A DNA stretch of 56,999 nucleotides, counting the filler, from Dirinaria sp. TL-2023a (Eukaryota): NCBI GenBank assembly GCA_051941275.1. It is 6 parts of 6 records of this genome, joined end to end, with 100 filler letters (N's around TTAATTAATTAA, not from the genome) between each part and the next. Parts side by side here need not be neighbours in the genome. Positions count along the whole stretch, not along the records: positions 1 to 9,430 come from JAVEBF010001056.1; positions 9,531 to 18,955 come from JAVEBF010001057.1; 4 more parts are not named here. The stretch is one strand, 5' to 3'. The translations under genes and the position numbers were made by a program. The first letter of the stretch is position 1. Each line of letters starts with the position of its first letter. This document shows, one piece after another, positions 1 to 9,972 of the stretch. The notes beneath the pieces were generated by a model. The model worked only from the letters and a program-made list of their open reading frames with translations. It did no database searches and had not been told where the DNA came from.

Positions 1-45
<45 letters not shown>

Positions 46-74
46 AATATCAAAACAAAACGCGTGCCCTCACA

Positions 75-367
75 TCACCTCACAACCTCCCTCAGAAACC
101 CCACCACGCGATCCAACCCCTTACTCTTCAACATCCCCAGATGTCCCCCCGCACTCTCTTCGCACCACACCACATCCAGCCCCTTCTCCAGAAGAACATC
201 ACGAGCCTGCCGACCCAGTTCGACATCAATCACTTCATCGTCTGCAGTATGCGCTAAAAAGAACCGTGTCGTTAGCGTCGTGGATCTTGGGTTTTCTTTT
301 GTTAAGATGGTCGGTGCATCTGTGTCTGCGAGGCCGAGTATGGTTCTGCAGTGTCTGGTGAGGGCGT
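75..367 (-). pseudogene. C-terminal exon of a phospholipase/carboxylesterase (acyl-protein thioesterase-like alpha/beta hydrolase); N-terminal part not found
   Basis: Manual translation gives ...TRFFLAHTADDEVIDVELGRQARDVLLEKGLDVVWCEESAGGHLGMLKSKGLDRVVGFLREVVR*, matching the Asp (HxxDDxV) and His (GGH) regions of the family. Possible acceptor CTAG at 368-371. No GxSxG exon recognised upstream. Not in the ORF track. Confidence 0.55.
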
Positions 368-892
368 CTAGTAAAAGCCCTCAGTATGATTCTTGCGCGG
401 TTCCGCGCTGCAGTAATAATAATAATAATAAGATTGCAATTGCTCTCACGAAGTACGCTTTGCTCTGGTAGATAGCATGTGAACTCTAAAGGATATCGGC
501 GAATTCGTGAAACAGAAGTGAAAAATTAGAAAGAAAAAAAAACGACGACACAACGTCAACGAGAACATTTTTATGAAAGTTTTTGCGAAGAGAGATTGAT
601 TATTTTTACACATACACCAAAAACCAAAAAGAAGAAAAAGATCAATGAAATGAAGATGGATGTGTCCACTGGTGAAGCGGCCCATCGTCAAATAGTGAAA
701 TCGTTATAGCAACGTGTAGAATCTAAGAAGGCTTCATGTCCTTGATGGCCGGTTTTTCTTTTCCGCCGTATCCTTCCGCTCTTTTGCTGCTTCATGCATC
801 ATAATGCATGTTGGCATACCCCTTACTGACCTAACGTAGTACTACTTCAGAGATTTAGATTAAAATTCTGCACAGCAGAGCAATGATAGCTC

Positions 893-1716
893 CTAGAGCA
901 ACACCACAAGGCCCGTGATCGCGACCAGCACACCCGAACCCAGCACCCAAGCTCCTCGCAAAGCCGTCGCGCCACCGGTGAAAGGCTGGACGCTTTGGGT
1001 TGGGGGCTTCGAGCCTCCAGCAGCCGCCGCCGTCTGGTTCACTATGGTCTGATTGATAATAGCGGTCGTGTTGCCGATGCCGCCGGCAGGATTGCACAGG
1101 TGGTAGGCCAGATAGCTGATCGCAGTGATATCTGCCTGGCTGCAGGTTGCCAACTCGCAGCGCCCCGTATTTATATTGAACGGCCCTTGACAGATACAGG
1201 CCCGGTTAGCAAGGCTGCCGCATCCACTTGAGGGGAGATTTTGGTTGATGCAGGCCTCGCCGCAGGAGGGGTAGCTTGCTGGGTTGGTCGGGTCTTTGGA
1301 GGCGACTGCTGCTGCAGCTGCGGCGGTCGAGGTGGCGATTGCGGCGGAGACGGAGGTCGGGTTAACTGGGCCGTTGGAGTACACCGAGGCGCACAACTGC
1401 GAGGCGAGTGTTTGGGTCTTGTCGTAGTCGGCGGGAGAGCAGCTAACTTCTTCGCAGGCGGCAGTGGCGGCTCGGTATGTTGGCCCGCACATGCAGGTTA
1501 GATTCGTGGGACCGCAGGCTATAGGCTGGCGTTTGTCAGGATTAGTAGGGAGTGACTGTGCCATTGGAAGATCGAGTCGATACTCACAGACAGTGAGATC
1601 TCGATATCGCATTCTTGGGCACACAACGGGTAGCTGCTAAGGAGGGCCGGATTGCCGAGGTTTTGGGCGGTGGTGAGGGGGAGGAAGACAGCAAGGATGG
1701 TGACGAGCGAACGCAT
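893..1716 (-). CDS. GPI-anchored cell-surface protein with two CFEM domains
   Basis: Exons 1716-1588 and 1525-893, intron 1587-1526 (GTGAGT...CTGAC...CAG), frame preserved. Signal peptide MRSLVTILAVFLPLTTA, two 8-Cys CFEM patterns, hydrophobic C-terminal GPI signal. Confidence 0.85.
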
Positions 1717-3243
1717 ATTGGAGTTGCTGACTCGGTCCTCTTTAAGAATCTGAATATTTGCAAACGTTCGAGCTGGTCAATACAAGAAAGAGCTTGTACT
1801 AGGGGGGAAAGAAACTAGCCGGTAGCAACAGGAAACATCTTGTTCTATATAGCTAAGCCGAGCTAATATGTCAAAACTTCGCAAAGAGCAGCTAGAGAAC
1901 GTCTAATGCAGGGGAGAGAGCAACAATGGGGAGCTTGAATATGCTAATGTACCTACTTTGCCTACATTAGATCTGGGGTAGACGATCGGTGCAAGGTATC
2001 GCAAGCGCTTATACGGACCTCCTCGTAAGCGCCGCACCAACGGCGATCGCCATGCATAGACTTTTGTAAATTGGCGAAAATGCCAGTTAGATGTATAGCT
2101 GCTTTGTGGATGGGGTGCGTTTCGATACCCCCTCACAACACATCGTATGTCTGAGCCTTACCTTTCAGCACTGGTGATCGGCTGGTAAAAGATTGTATAT
2201 CAGCAAGAAAGAAGCCTTTATCTTGTTCAGACTCAAGCAGCGAGAGAAAAAAAGAACTTCTTGATAAAAGACAGGAGATTCCTGCAAGATACGTTACTGA
2301 ATAGAACTCAGAAGAAATCCTGATAATTGGTGAATGTTCCAAGACACTGAGTAAAATGTTCAATGCTATGAAATAGTTTGAAAGTGCAGCGAAGGGAAAA
2401 GTAACATCATTCGAAGTGTCCAATGAGATCTCATATGTTTGCCGGTATCCTTTAAAAAAAGGATGCACATGGTGAGCTTGAGATGCATTAAGCCAATTTA
2501 AGGTGCATCTCTGAAGCTCCAGCTCAAGCCGAAGTTTGGGCCGCACCTGTAGGATGCGTGGAACAACGGGCGCTCCAGCGCCATCGCAGGTCTATTTGCT
2601 CGTAATCGAGTATTTCTGCCTGCCTTGAGACCTTGAAGTATGAGGTATGGTGCCGCAAGTTAATAATCTGCTTTGAAGTTGGTCGTATTCCTATGAAGTC
2701 TATAGATAAGGCGAAAAAAGACTTTCGAATTACGAATGGATTGACTGGGAGGGCGGATGGGTGATAGTTCGACAGAACCTTTTGCAGGTTCTAGCAGACG
2801 TCCGAATCATAGAGTATGCGGCTGACTGGGCAATCATAAATGATCGTCGCTCTCTAATGGCGCGTTATCAGTCACGAGCATTTGGCTGACGCTTCTGGAA
2901 ACTAGAGGCTCTGCAACAATATATACTAATAATGCCGGGATGCTCAACGGTCGGGCTCGGCGTAAGTAGACTTTCAGCAAGTGAACCTGTCGGACGGAGT
3001 AGCAGTTTGCGGGGAAGATCTCCGAGTCCTCAACCAAAGAGAGATGCATCTCACCGTCCTTCATGGAAGGACGCGTTGGTCGCGTCGCGTTTTAGCCTCA
3101 ATAGTATTTATATACATCCAAACAATTCTTCTCCAATGAACAAGACGCAACAAATTTTGAAATGGCGAAGAGTCTCAGCTCAAGGATATTGTCACCGCCT
3201 GAAGAAGCCCGCGGCCTGGAAGTAGCCATGTACGTCGACAACG

Positions 3244-4122
3244 ATGGCAAGAGAATGGCTTTCAAGGCTCACAAGAGTTATCTTAATCTTGAATGCGGCA
3301 CCATCTCTTTTGACCAAGCCCTTGGAATCACATCTCATGGAGCAGGATGTGGGAGACCCGAAAATGCATCGGACAATGCACCAGAATGATTGCCCTGCCT
3401 ATCCTTGGAGACGGCATCGACATGGGCCAAGGCCGATTGAGCGAATCCAGAAGCGAAGGGCTGAGGAGAATGCCCAGAAGGAACAGGCTCGGATACACAA
3501 GGTTCGAATGATGATGGAGCTGATCAGCAAGCAAGATGTCGAGGTCTCAATCGAATCTGTCCTCGATCCATTCAGGAATTGCGCCTGTGACCTCATGCTG
3601 CTTTATCAAGAGCGATTATCCCAAGGAGTAATCAGATTTGCCAAAGAATACGCTCCCAGGCGCCGCAAAATCAAGCTTAGTCAATTCCGAATGCTAGGCA
3701 AGCCCTGCGACGCACATGAGCTTCGTTGCGAGAAATGCCATCACGCATTAGTGGATGCTGATTGGCCTGAGTCGAGGGAGATGCGAGTGGAGGACATGAG
3801 CACGAGTCCGGAGATGCGCCGGGGCCATGGAGTGGTGAACATCGAGTCTCGTCGCAGCTTTACGTCGACAGAGCCCCTCAAACCTTCGAGACACTTCTCC
3901 ACTGATCTCTCTCCACGACCGACTTCTGCGGCTGAGTCAACGAAAGCCTGCAGGACATGCAAGACCTTGCCAAAATCTGCTGGGAAGCAAAAAGTACAGC
4001 ATGGCCGGGAAACGCTTGCTCACAACATCCTGAGGGCAGCGGGCGTCCACCCTTGGCTGCCCTCGGGGAATGCGCATCTAAGGGCTCTTGAAGATGCAGA
4101 GTGCCGCATGTCAGGTCTGTAA
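3244..4122 (+). CDS. Hypothetical fungal protein, 5' end uncertain
   Basis: 292-codon ORF with CxxC motifs and a C-terminal LAHNILRAAGVHPWLPSGNAHL segment; no family assigned. Confidence 0.45.
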   Translation: MAREWLSRLTRVILILNAAPSLLTKPLESHLMEQDVGDPKMHRTMHQNDCPAYPWRRHRHGPRPIERIQKRRAEENAQKEQARIHKVRMMMELISKQDVEVSIESVLDPFRNCACDLMLLYQERLSQGVIRFAKEYAPRRRKIKLSQFRMLGKPCDAHELRCEKCHHALVDADWPESREMRVEDMSTSPEMRRGHGVVNIESRRSFTSTEPLKPSRHFSTDLSPRPTSAAESTKACRTCKTLPKSAGKQKVQHGRETLAHNILRAAGVHPWLPSGNAHLRALEDAECRMSGL

Positions 4123-4306
4123 TCCCTACCCTGAAAACGAATGAGCCTGCAGAATGGACAAGGAGAAAATGGTCGCCAATCACCAGCTTCATGGGATGCT
4201 TAGCTCCGGTTTCCAAGAGCCTTCGCATGCAGGCGGAGAGTTAGGGTGAGCGAAACTTTTCTTCGTATAGACATGAAGATCTAATCTTTCCTCATTTTTC
4301 CCGAGC

Positions 4307-5841
4307 TTAATCATGATTGTGCTTTCCCAGCAAAGCATCCTTCGCCGAGAATTCATCATTGGTGACGAGCCCAGCAAGACTGTCGCCCATCTGCTGAGGC
4401 CTGTTCTCCGACTCAGCCTGCGCTTTCTTGTGCAACTGTTCCTCTGCCGCTGTGCCGCCTCCCAAAACAGCACTGCCAACCCCCATCTGGGTGATCATTT
4501 TATGTACTTCTCCTTCGTCAAGCGACTCGTCGCTCTCTTCGCTCTCTTGGCTTTGCTTCCGACTCTTCCATGGGGACAAGTGCAGAAGCTCCCCCGTATC
4601 CGGATCAAAGAAATTTCTTTTCTGCCCCTTCGGCTTGAGTTCAATTAAGCCACTGTGCTGTACCTCACCATCTGCACTATGCTCGTTGTTGACCAAGGTG
4701 GAGACTGAGCTACTAGCATCCGACGGATTCCAGGAGACCTTCCTTCTCATTTTGTCCTCTTTCTCATGAAACTTATTTTTCAGTCGTCGACGAACATCCC
4801 CTATAGTCTCTCCATCTGGAGGTTTAGATGTCGTAATGCTCATTGGACCAGTATAATAATTCCTCAGCTCACCATCGGCGTCAGTCTGGGTTATGGTAAC
4901 GGAGGGATTGGCTCTTGCTGCGCTCCCGGGCGTGAAAGATTCATTTCTTCTGGACTGATACCGCATGCGGGTCAGAAGCCGGAGAGGGCTGAGGATGACC
5001 CAAAGGATTACGAGGGTACCTATTACTAACAGGATGGAGTTCAGCCAGCAAAGTGGACTCCTAATAGAATGCTCATGTTCCCAGAGACGGCTGACACGAA
5101 ACAAATGCTTTATCTTGAGTGTTTTCAGGCGATGAGCCTTTTGGATGCTATTTAGGGCCATACTTATTCCGCGTTTGCTGTACGGCCGGTCTGGGGGTTT
5201 ATTTGAAAGAATACTGTCACATCTTGCTCCTCCAGTAATGTTGACCTCAATCGCGGATTAGCTCCAGTAACACAGCCGAAGCGTTCTGAGCTCACCTGTC
5301 TCAAAGATGCACAAGCCTGGTACAACGCCATGAGGTTTTCGAATTTATCCATTTTATAGCCGCGATAGGCATAAACGAAGAGGGCCACGAGGGCAACGGC
5401 CAATCCTGCCATCCCGATTGTGTTTTGGAGCCAAGTCCCTTGGGACAGGCGGGAAGTGATTGTGCCCCACCATGCTCTCTGTTCCTGAGGAGCGGAGTTC
5501 TGATCAGGCGTAACAACGGTTACAGCAGAACTTTGCGTGTTGGCCGCAGAGACAACTGCCCCCTCTGAACTGTCTGCAAAAGGATCTTGGCTATGAGCGG
5601 GAGGCGGTTCAGGAATGCTTGTGGGCGGCTGGGATGTACTTTGAGGCGAGCAGGGAAATGTTGATGCTGTATTGGGCGTTCTGGGTGGGGACATTGAGCT
5701 TGAACTCGACGGATTCGATACAGGATCAGACGAGCTAAGCGAAGACGAGGAGGAGGGTCGCAGTGTACTTCTTCTCATGGGCGTCAATTGAATTGGAGGT
5801 TCTGGCTGAGGGGATGTTGTTGTTGTGTTTGTAGAGGCCAT
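4307..5841 (-). CDS. Hypothetical membrane protein (Ser/Pro-rich N-terminus, two predicted TM segments)
   Basis: ORFs 5164-5841 and 4307-5161 join in frame via intron 5295-5246 (GTGAGC...GCTAAT...GAG): ...ACASLRQ|VNITGGARCDSILSNKPPDRPYSKRGISMALN... The GAG acceptor is less common. Confidence 0.65.
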
Positions 5842-7404
5842 GACTGCTTGGTGGTGGTCGCCGGTAGTCGCTTGACGCTATTTCGCGACTGATTCCTCGC
5901 AGAAACGGCAACAAGGCTGACGCATGAAACTTGAGATCCTTTGTGTCGGGCACAATCTTATAAGCAAGTGTCACAGCACACAGGAGACAGCAAAGACGTG
6001 GTTTATTATGAGATATTGCAAGCAAATTCGGGACTTGAAAGGAGGTGCGAAATACAGGATCTCTCTACATTTCGTAGTGGGGTCTGGCAAGTTTTGGCGC
6101 CGCCGAGCCAAACCTGCATGACATGTTGCGATGATCTCGCCCCACAGGAAGCGATGTCGCCTTGCTTCTTGCAGATATAGCGCACCCCATTATTGACTGA
6201 TAGGCCAATGTGCGGGCATTGCGTGTGGCTGTGCAGATCAGTGCAGGTGCATGTGGCCGTGCATTGCTAGACTGATTGGCGAAGGGCGATCTTCCCCTGG
6301 AGTCGAATCTTGTCGAATCTTCGGAGACGAGAGGCAATTCTTAACGGTCGGAGAGGGCCGCCATCCATGATACCCTACGGAGTCGACGTTCTCTTCCATT
6401 CGTGCAGGAACTTCGTATAGCCGTTCATGAAGCTTTGAGCAACCCAATGGTCATTACACGGCTTTTGGCCACTTGCAAGGGCGGTCTTGCAGCTATCGCA
6501 TTCGGAGCGGAGAAGATGTTACGGGAAAGTGTCGACGATCTTCGGGTGGTCCGTCTCGACTTGAAAGCCTGCGGCCGCACCCAGTTTTGAACGAATGTCC
6601 AATCATGATGATGCACAGAGGAGACGATTTTATTTTCTTTTTTTCCTTTGAAAGTCGCCACACTGGCAGTGGACTCCTCGAGGACGTTCCTTAATTGAGC
6701 TGTGAGGTGGGGGGTAACTTTCGAGTAGTCAATGGCTACGACCGAGATGCGATTCGATTCGAATGCCATGAAATCTCATTTTCTCGTCCGACAGGCGGAG
6801 GAATGAGTTGGGTTGTGCGGAGCTATGCTGATGCCAGCTGGGACAGTAACATTTCCTGGAGTAACAGTTCACGGTTTGATATGGATATCCGGAAGGTGTT
6901 GGTTGTTCATAGTTTATGAGTAAGAATCATCAATAATGATAATAGTTCTTTCACGTACTCTTATTAAGTGCATTAATATCTCCCTACCTTACTCCCTACC
7001 TTACTCCCAATACCCGGCAATGGCCGGCAAGAGACGGCTTGGGCGGGCCGTGGAATGACAACATCGAAGCTCCCATTGGCCGAGACACTACCTTAGTACT
7101 GACGCTCGGTAGCCGTGTTCAGGGTCCTTGACTGGATGACCTCATTATAGCTGACATTATCACGTGACCTGCCCCGCAGCGAGTTGCTGGTTCGAGCAAA
7201 GTCAGTCAAGTGGAAGAAGAATCGAAGGCGAAGGAGCTGCAGGCGAATATTATTTATTGCTTCGTCACTTCTTTTCCTCCGTCCTCCGATTTATCCCTTG
7301 AATTCTTCCTTCTTCCAAAAATCCAACTCTTCCATCGACTTCTCCATCACCTTTCATCCACCACCATCAACCAACGACCATTCAACTCCTCATCACCATC
7401 AACC

Positions 7405-9174
7405 ATGTCGACTCAAGCTGGCGAACCTGGCAACCCCAAGGGTGCCGGCCTGTTCAGAACCTACGAAGACGACCGTAACACCTCCTCCCAAGATACTCTC
7501 TACACCACCAGCAATGGCGTCCCCATGCCTCACCCCTACGAGACCCAGCGTGTCGGTACCAACGGACCTCTGCTCCTCCAAGACTTTCACCTGATTGATC
7601 TGCTCTCCCACTTCGACCGAGAGCGGATCCCCGAGCGGGTCGTCCACGCCAAAGGCAGTGGCGCTCACGGCACCTTCAAATGCACCAAGCCCCTCGACGA
7701 TCTCTGCCAAGCCGACATCTTCAGCAAAGCCGGCAAAGAATGCCCCGTCACAGTCCGCTTCTCGACCGTCGGTGGCGAATCCGGCTCCCATGACTGTGCC
7801 CGCGATCCTCGTGGTTTCAGCGTCAAGTTCCGGACCGAAGAGGGCAACTGGGACATGGTCGCCAACAACACGCCCGTCTTCTTCCTCCGAGACCCCGCCA
7901 AGTTCCCTCACTTCATCCACACCCAGAAGCGTGATCCCGCCACCCACCTCAGCGGGTCCGATGACTCGACCATGTTCTGGGACTACCTCTCCCAGAATCC
8001 CGAATCCATCCATCAAGTCATGATCCTCATGGGCGACCGCGGGATCCCGGACGGCTACCGTTTCATGCACGGATATTCTGGCCATACCCTCAAGCTGGTC
8101 AACAAGAATGGCGATTGGGTATATGCTCAGATGCACATGAAATCGAACCAGGGAACCAAATTCATCACCCAAGAAGACTCCGCCAATTACTCCCCTGACC
8201 ACTCCCAGAAGGACCTCTTCGAAGCCATTGAGCGGAAGGAATACCCGAGCTGGACCTGCAGCTTCCAGACAATGACGGCCAAGGAAGCCGAAGACCTGTG
8301 GGAGAAGCAGAAGATCAACGTCTTTGACCTGACGCACATCTGGCCTCATAAGCAGTTCCCACTACGCGAAGTCGGGGTCTTTGAGCTGAACGAGAATGCG
8401 CGGAACTACTTCGCCGAAGTCGAGCAGGTAGCTTTCAACCCCGCGCACATGATCCCGGGCATCGAACCTTCGGCGGACCCAGTCCTGCAATCCCGCCTCT
8501 TCTCCTACCCTGACGCCCATCGTCACCGCGTCGGTGTCAATTATCAGCAGCTGCCGGTCAACAGCACCCGTGCTGCTCACCGCGTGGCCAACTTCCAGCG
8601 TGACGGCAACATGGCCTTCTACAACCAAGGGTCACGTCCCAACTACCTGTCCTCCATTGAGCCGATCTCCTTCCGCAACCGGAGCGTCGACCTGGACAAA
8701 GTGCATGGCGAATTCACCGGTAATGCCGTCACCTTCCTGTCCGAGATCCGGCCCGAAGACTTCAACGCCCCGCGCGCGCTGTGGGAGAAAGTATGGGACG
8801 AAGGCGCCAAGCAGCGCTTCGTCAACAACGTCTCCGGCCACATGAAGACATGCCGCTACCCGGAGATCATCAAGCGCGAGATCGCCATCTTCCGCGAAGT
8901 GTCACCGGACATGGCGGCGCGCGTGGAGAAAGCGACGGGCATCAAGGGCTACGACGGCATCAAGCACCTGCGCTTCAACGGCACGCACAACGGCATGGCG
9001 GCCGAGGACAAGTACAAGCTGGCCAACGGGATGAGCGGGAAAGTGGGGCTCAGCGCGCAGCCGAACAACGGCGCGCCGCAGAAGGGCACGCACCCGAAGG
9101 AGAGCACCCCGAACGGCGCGGGGACGGGCGGCTCGAGGGTAAATGGCGTCAGCAACGGGGTGAACGGTCATTAG
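7405..9174 (+). CDS. cat: Monofunctional small-subunit heme catalase, intronless
   Basis: Active-site motif FDRERIPERVVHAKGSGA, RFSTVGGESGS, heme-ligand motif RLFSYPDAH. First ATG at 7405 in AACCATG context. No C-terminal SKL-type PTS1. Confidence 0.97.
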   Translation: MSTQAGEPGNPKGAGLFRTYEDDRNTSSQDTLYTTSNGVPMPHPYETQRVGTNGPLLLQDFHLIDLLSHFDRERIPERVVHAKGSGAHGTFKCTKPLDDLCQADIFSKAGKECPVTVRFSTVGGESGSHDCARDPRGFSVKFRTEEGNWDMVANNTPVFFLRDPAKFPHFIHTQKRDPATHLSGSDDSTMFWDYLSQNPESIHQVMILMGDRGIPDGYRFMHGYSGHTLKLVNKNGDWVYAQMHMKSNQGTKFITQEDSANYSPDHSQKDLFEAIERKEYPSWTCSFQTMTAKEAEDLWEKQKINVFDLTHIWPHKQFPLREVGVFELNENARNYFAEVEQVAFNPAHMIPGIEPSADPVLQSRLFSYPDAHRHRVGVNYQQLPVNSTRAAHRVANFQRDGNMAFYNQGSRPNYLSSIEPISFRNRSVDLDKVHGEFTGNAVTFLSEIRPEDFNAPRALWEKVWDEGAKQRFVNNVSGHMKTCRYPEIIKREIAIFREVSPDMAARVEKATGIKGYDGIKHLRFNGTHNGMAAEDKYKLANGMSGKVGLSAQPNNGAPQKGTHPKESTPNGAGTGGSRVNGVSNGVNGH

Positions 9175-9430
9175 GTTGACTTTTGTCGGTGCTACAGGTG
9201 AGAACGGCCAAGGCGGGCGCGAGGAGGGAGGAGTTTTTCATGAAGTTATGAAACTTCTCCAATGGAGGGACAAAAGACATGATGACATGGCTGATGAGCT
9301 TTGAACTCAGGGGGGGTGGGGAATCAGATTGTAAATAACGGTTAGCGGTAGCGTGGTAGTAGCAAAATCTCTGCTTTCTTTTCCATTATTCTCTTCTCGA
9401 ACCTTTTTTTTTTTTTTTTTTTTTTTTTTT

Positions 9431-9530
9431 NNNNNNNNNNNNNNNNNNNNNNNNNNNNNNNNNNNNNNNNNNNNTTAATTAATTAANNNNNNNNNNNNNN
9501 NNNNNNNNNNNNNNNNNNNNNNNNNNNNNN
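9431..9530. other. Artificial contig spacer (N run + TTAATTAATTAA + N run)
   Basis: 100 nt; the core has stops in all six frames. Confidence 0.98.
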
Positions 9531-9752
9531 CGACCACACTGTTATCGGCTTCTGTGTAACTATGAAAGGTCAATGGCTTTGACAATTGGTCATCGAAGGG
9601 TACCTATTGACGTACGAGGTTTCAATGTCACCACGCAGCAGTACACCCACGGTCATCTCAACTACATCATGAACGCCTGTCTTCGGGTCTTTGTGGACCT
9701 TGTAGACGCGAATGTTGTCCTTGCCATACTGCGCAGCAGATAATTGAGGCAT
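9531..9752 (-). CDS. uaZ: Urate oxidase (uricase), 5' part only, truncated by contig end
   Basis: MPQLSAAQYGKDNIRVYKVHKDPKTGVHDVVEMTVGVLLRGDIETS|YTEADNSVV with intron 9615-9560; YGKDN and YTxADNSxV are uricase N-terminal signatures. Confidence 0.95.
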
Positions 9753-9958
9753 AATGTGGGAAGGAAATGAGTATTCTTTGTGAATGAAGCAGATACTGCC
9801 TGCGAGGATCACAAATAAGAAAGGAGGCAAGGACAGGAGGACCTTGCTGTACAATGAGCTGAAGGTATGGTCAAAGAGAAAGATTTGGGGGAAGTCGGGA
9901 TCAAGATATAGATGTCTGACTCCATCGAAGTGGGGAGTTCAGAGCGCTGGTGCCTTCG

Positions 9959-9972
9959 TCGGCGCTCTCCGA
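9959..9972. promoter_or_regulatory. UaY-type Zn2Cys6 binding site TCGG-N6-CCGA
   Basis: TCGG CGCTCT CCGA, about 207 bp upstream of the uricase ATG; GATA motifs at about 10051-10061. Confidence 0.8.

Noticed and set aside
6065..6920. Minus-strand ORFs 6425-6769 and 6238-6447 as a gene
   Set aside because: Frames do not join through clear splice sites and no family is recognisable; may be debris.
7210..7404. 65-aa N-terminal extension of catalase from GTG 7210
   Set aside because: Non-ATG start in pyrimidine-rich 5' UTR-like sequence; ATG 7405 has a good fungal context.
7399..9179. Long antisense and alternate-frame ORFs over catalase (also over GPR89, Bud22, pad-1)
   Set aside because: Expected shadows of GC3-rich coding sequence with no protein motifs.
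7405..9752. Catalase next to H2O2-producing uricase as a functional gene pair
   Set aside because: They lie on different contigs joined by an artificial spacer in a size-sorted concatenation, and most of uricase is missing, so the adjacency is not evidence.
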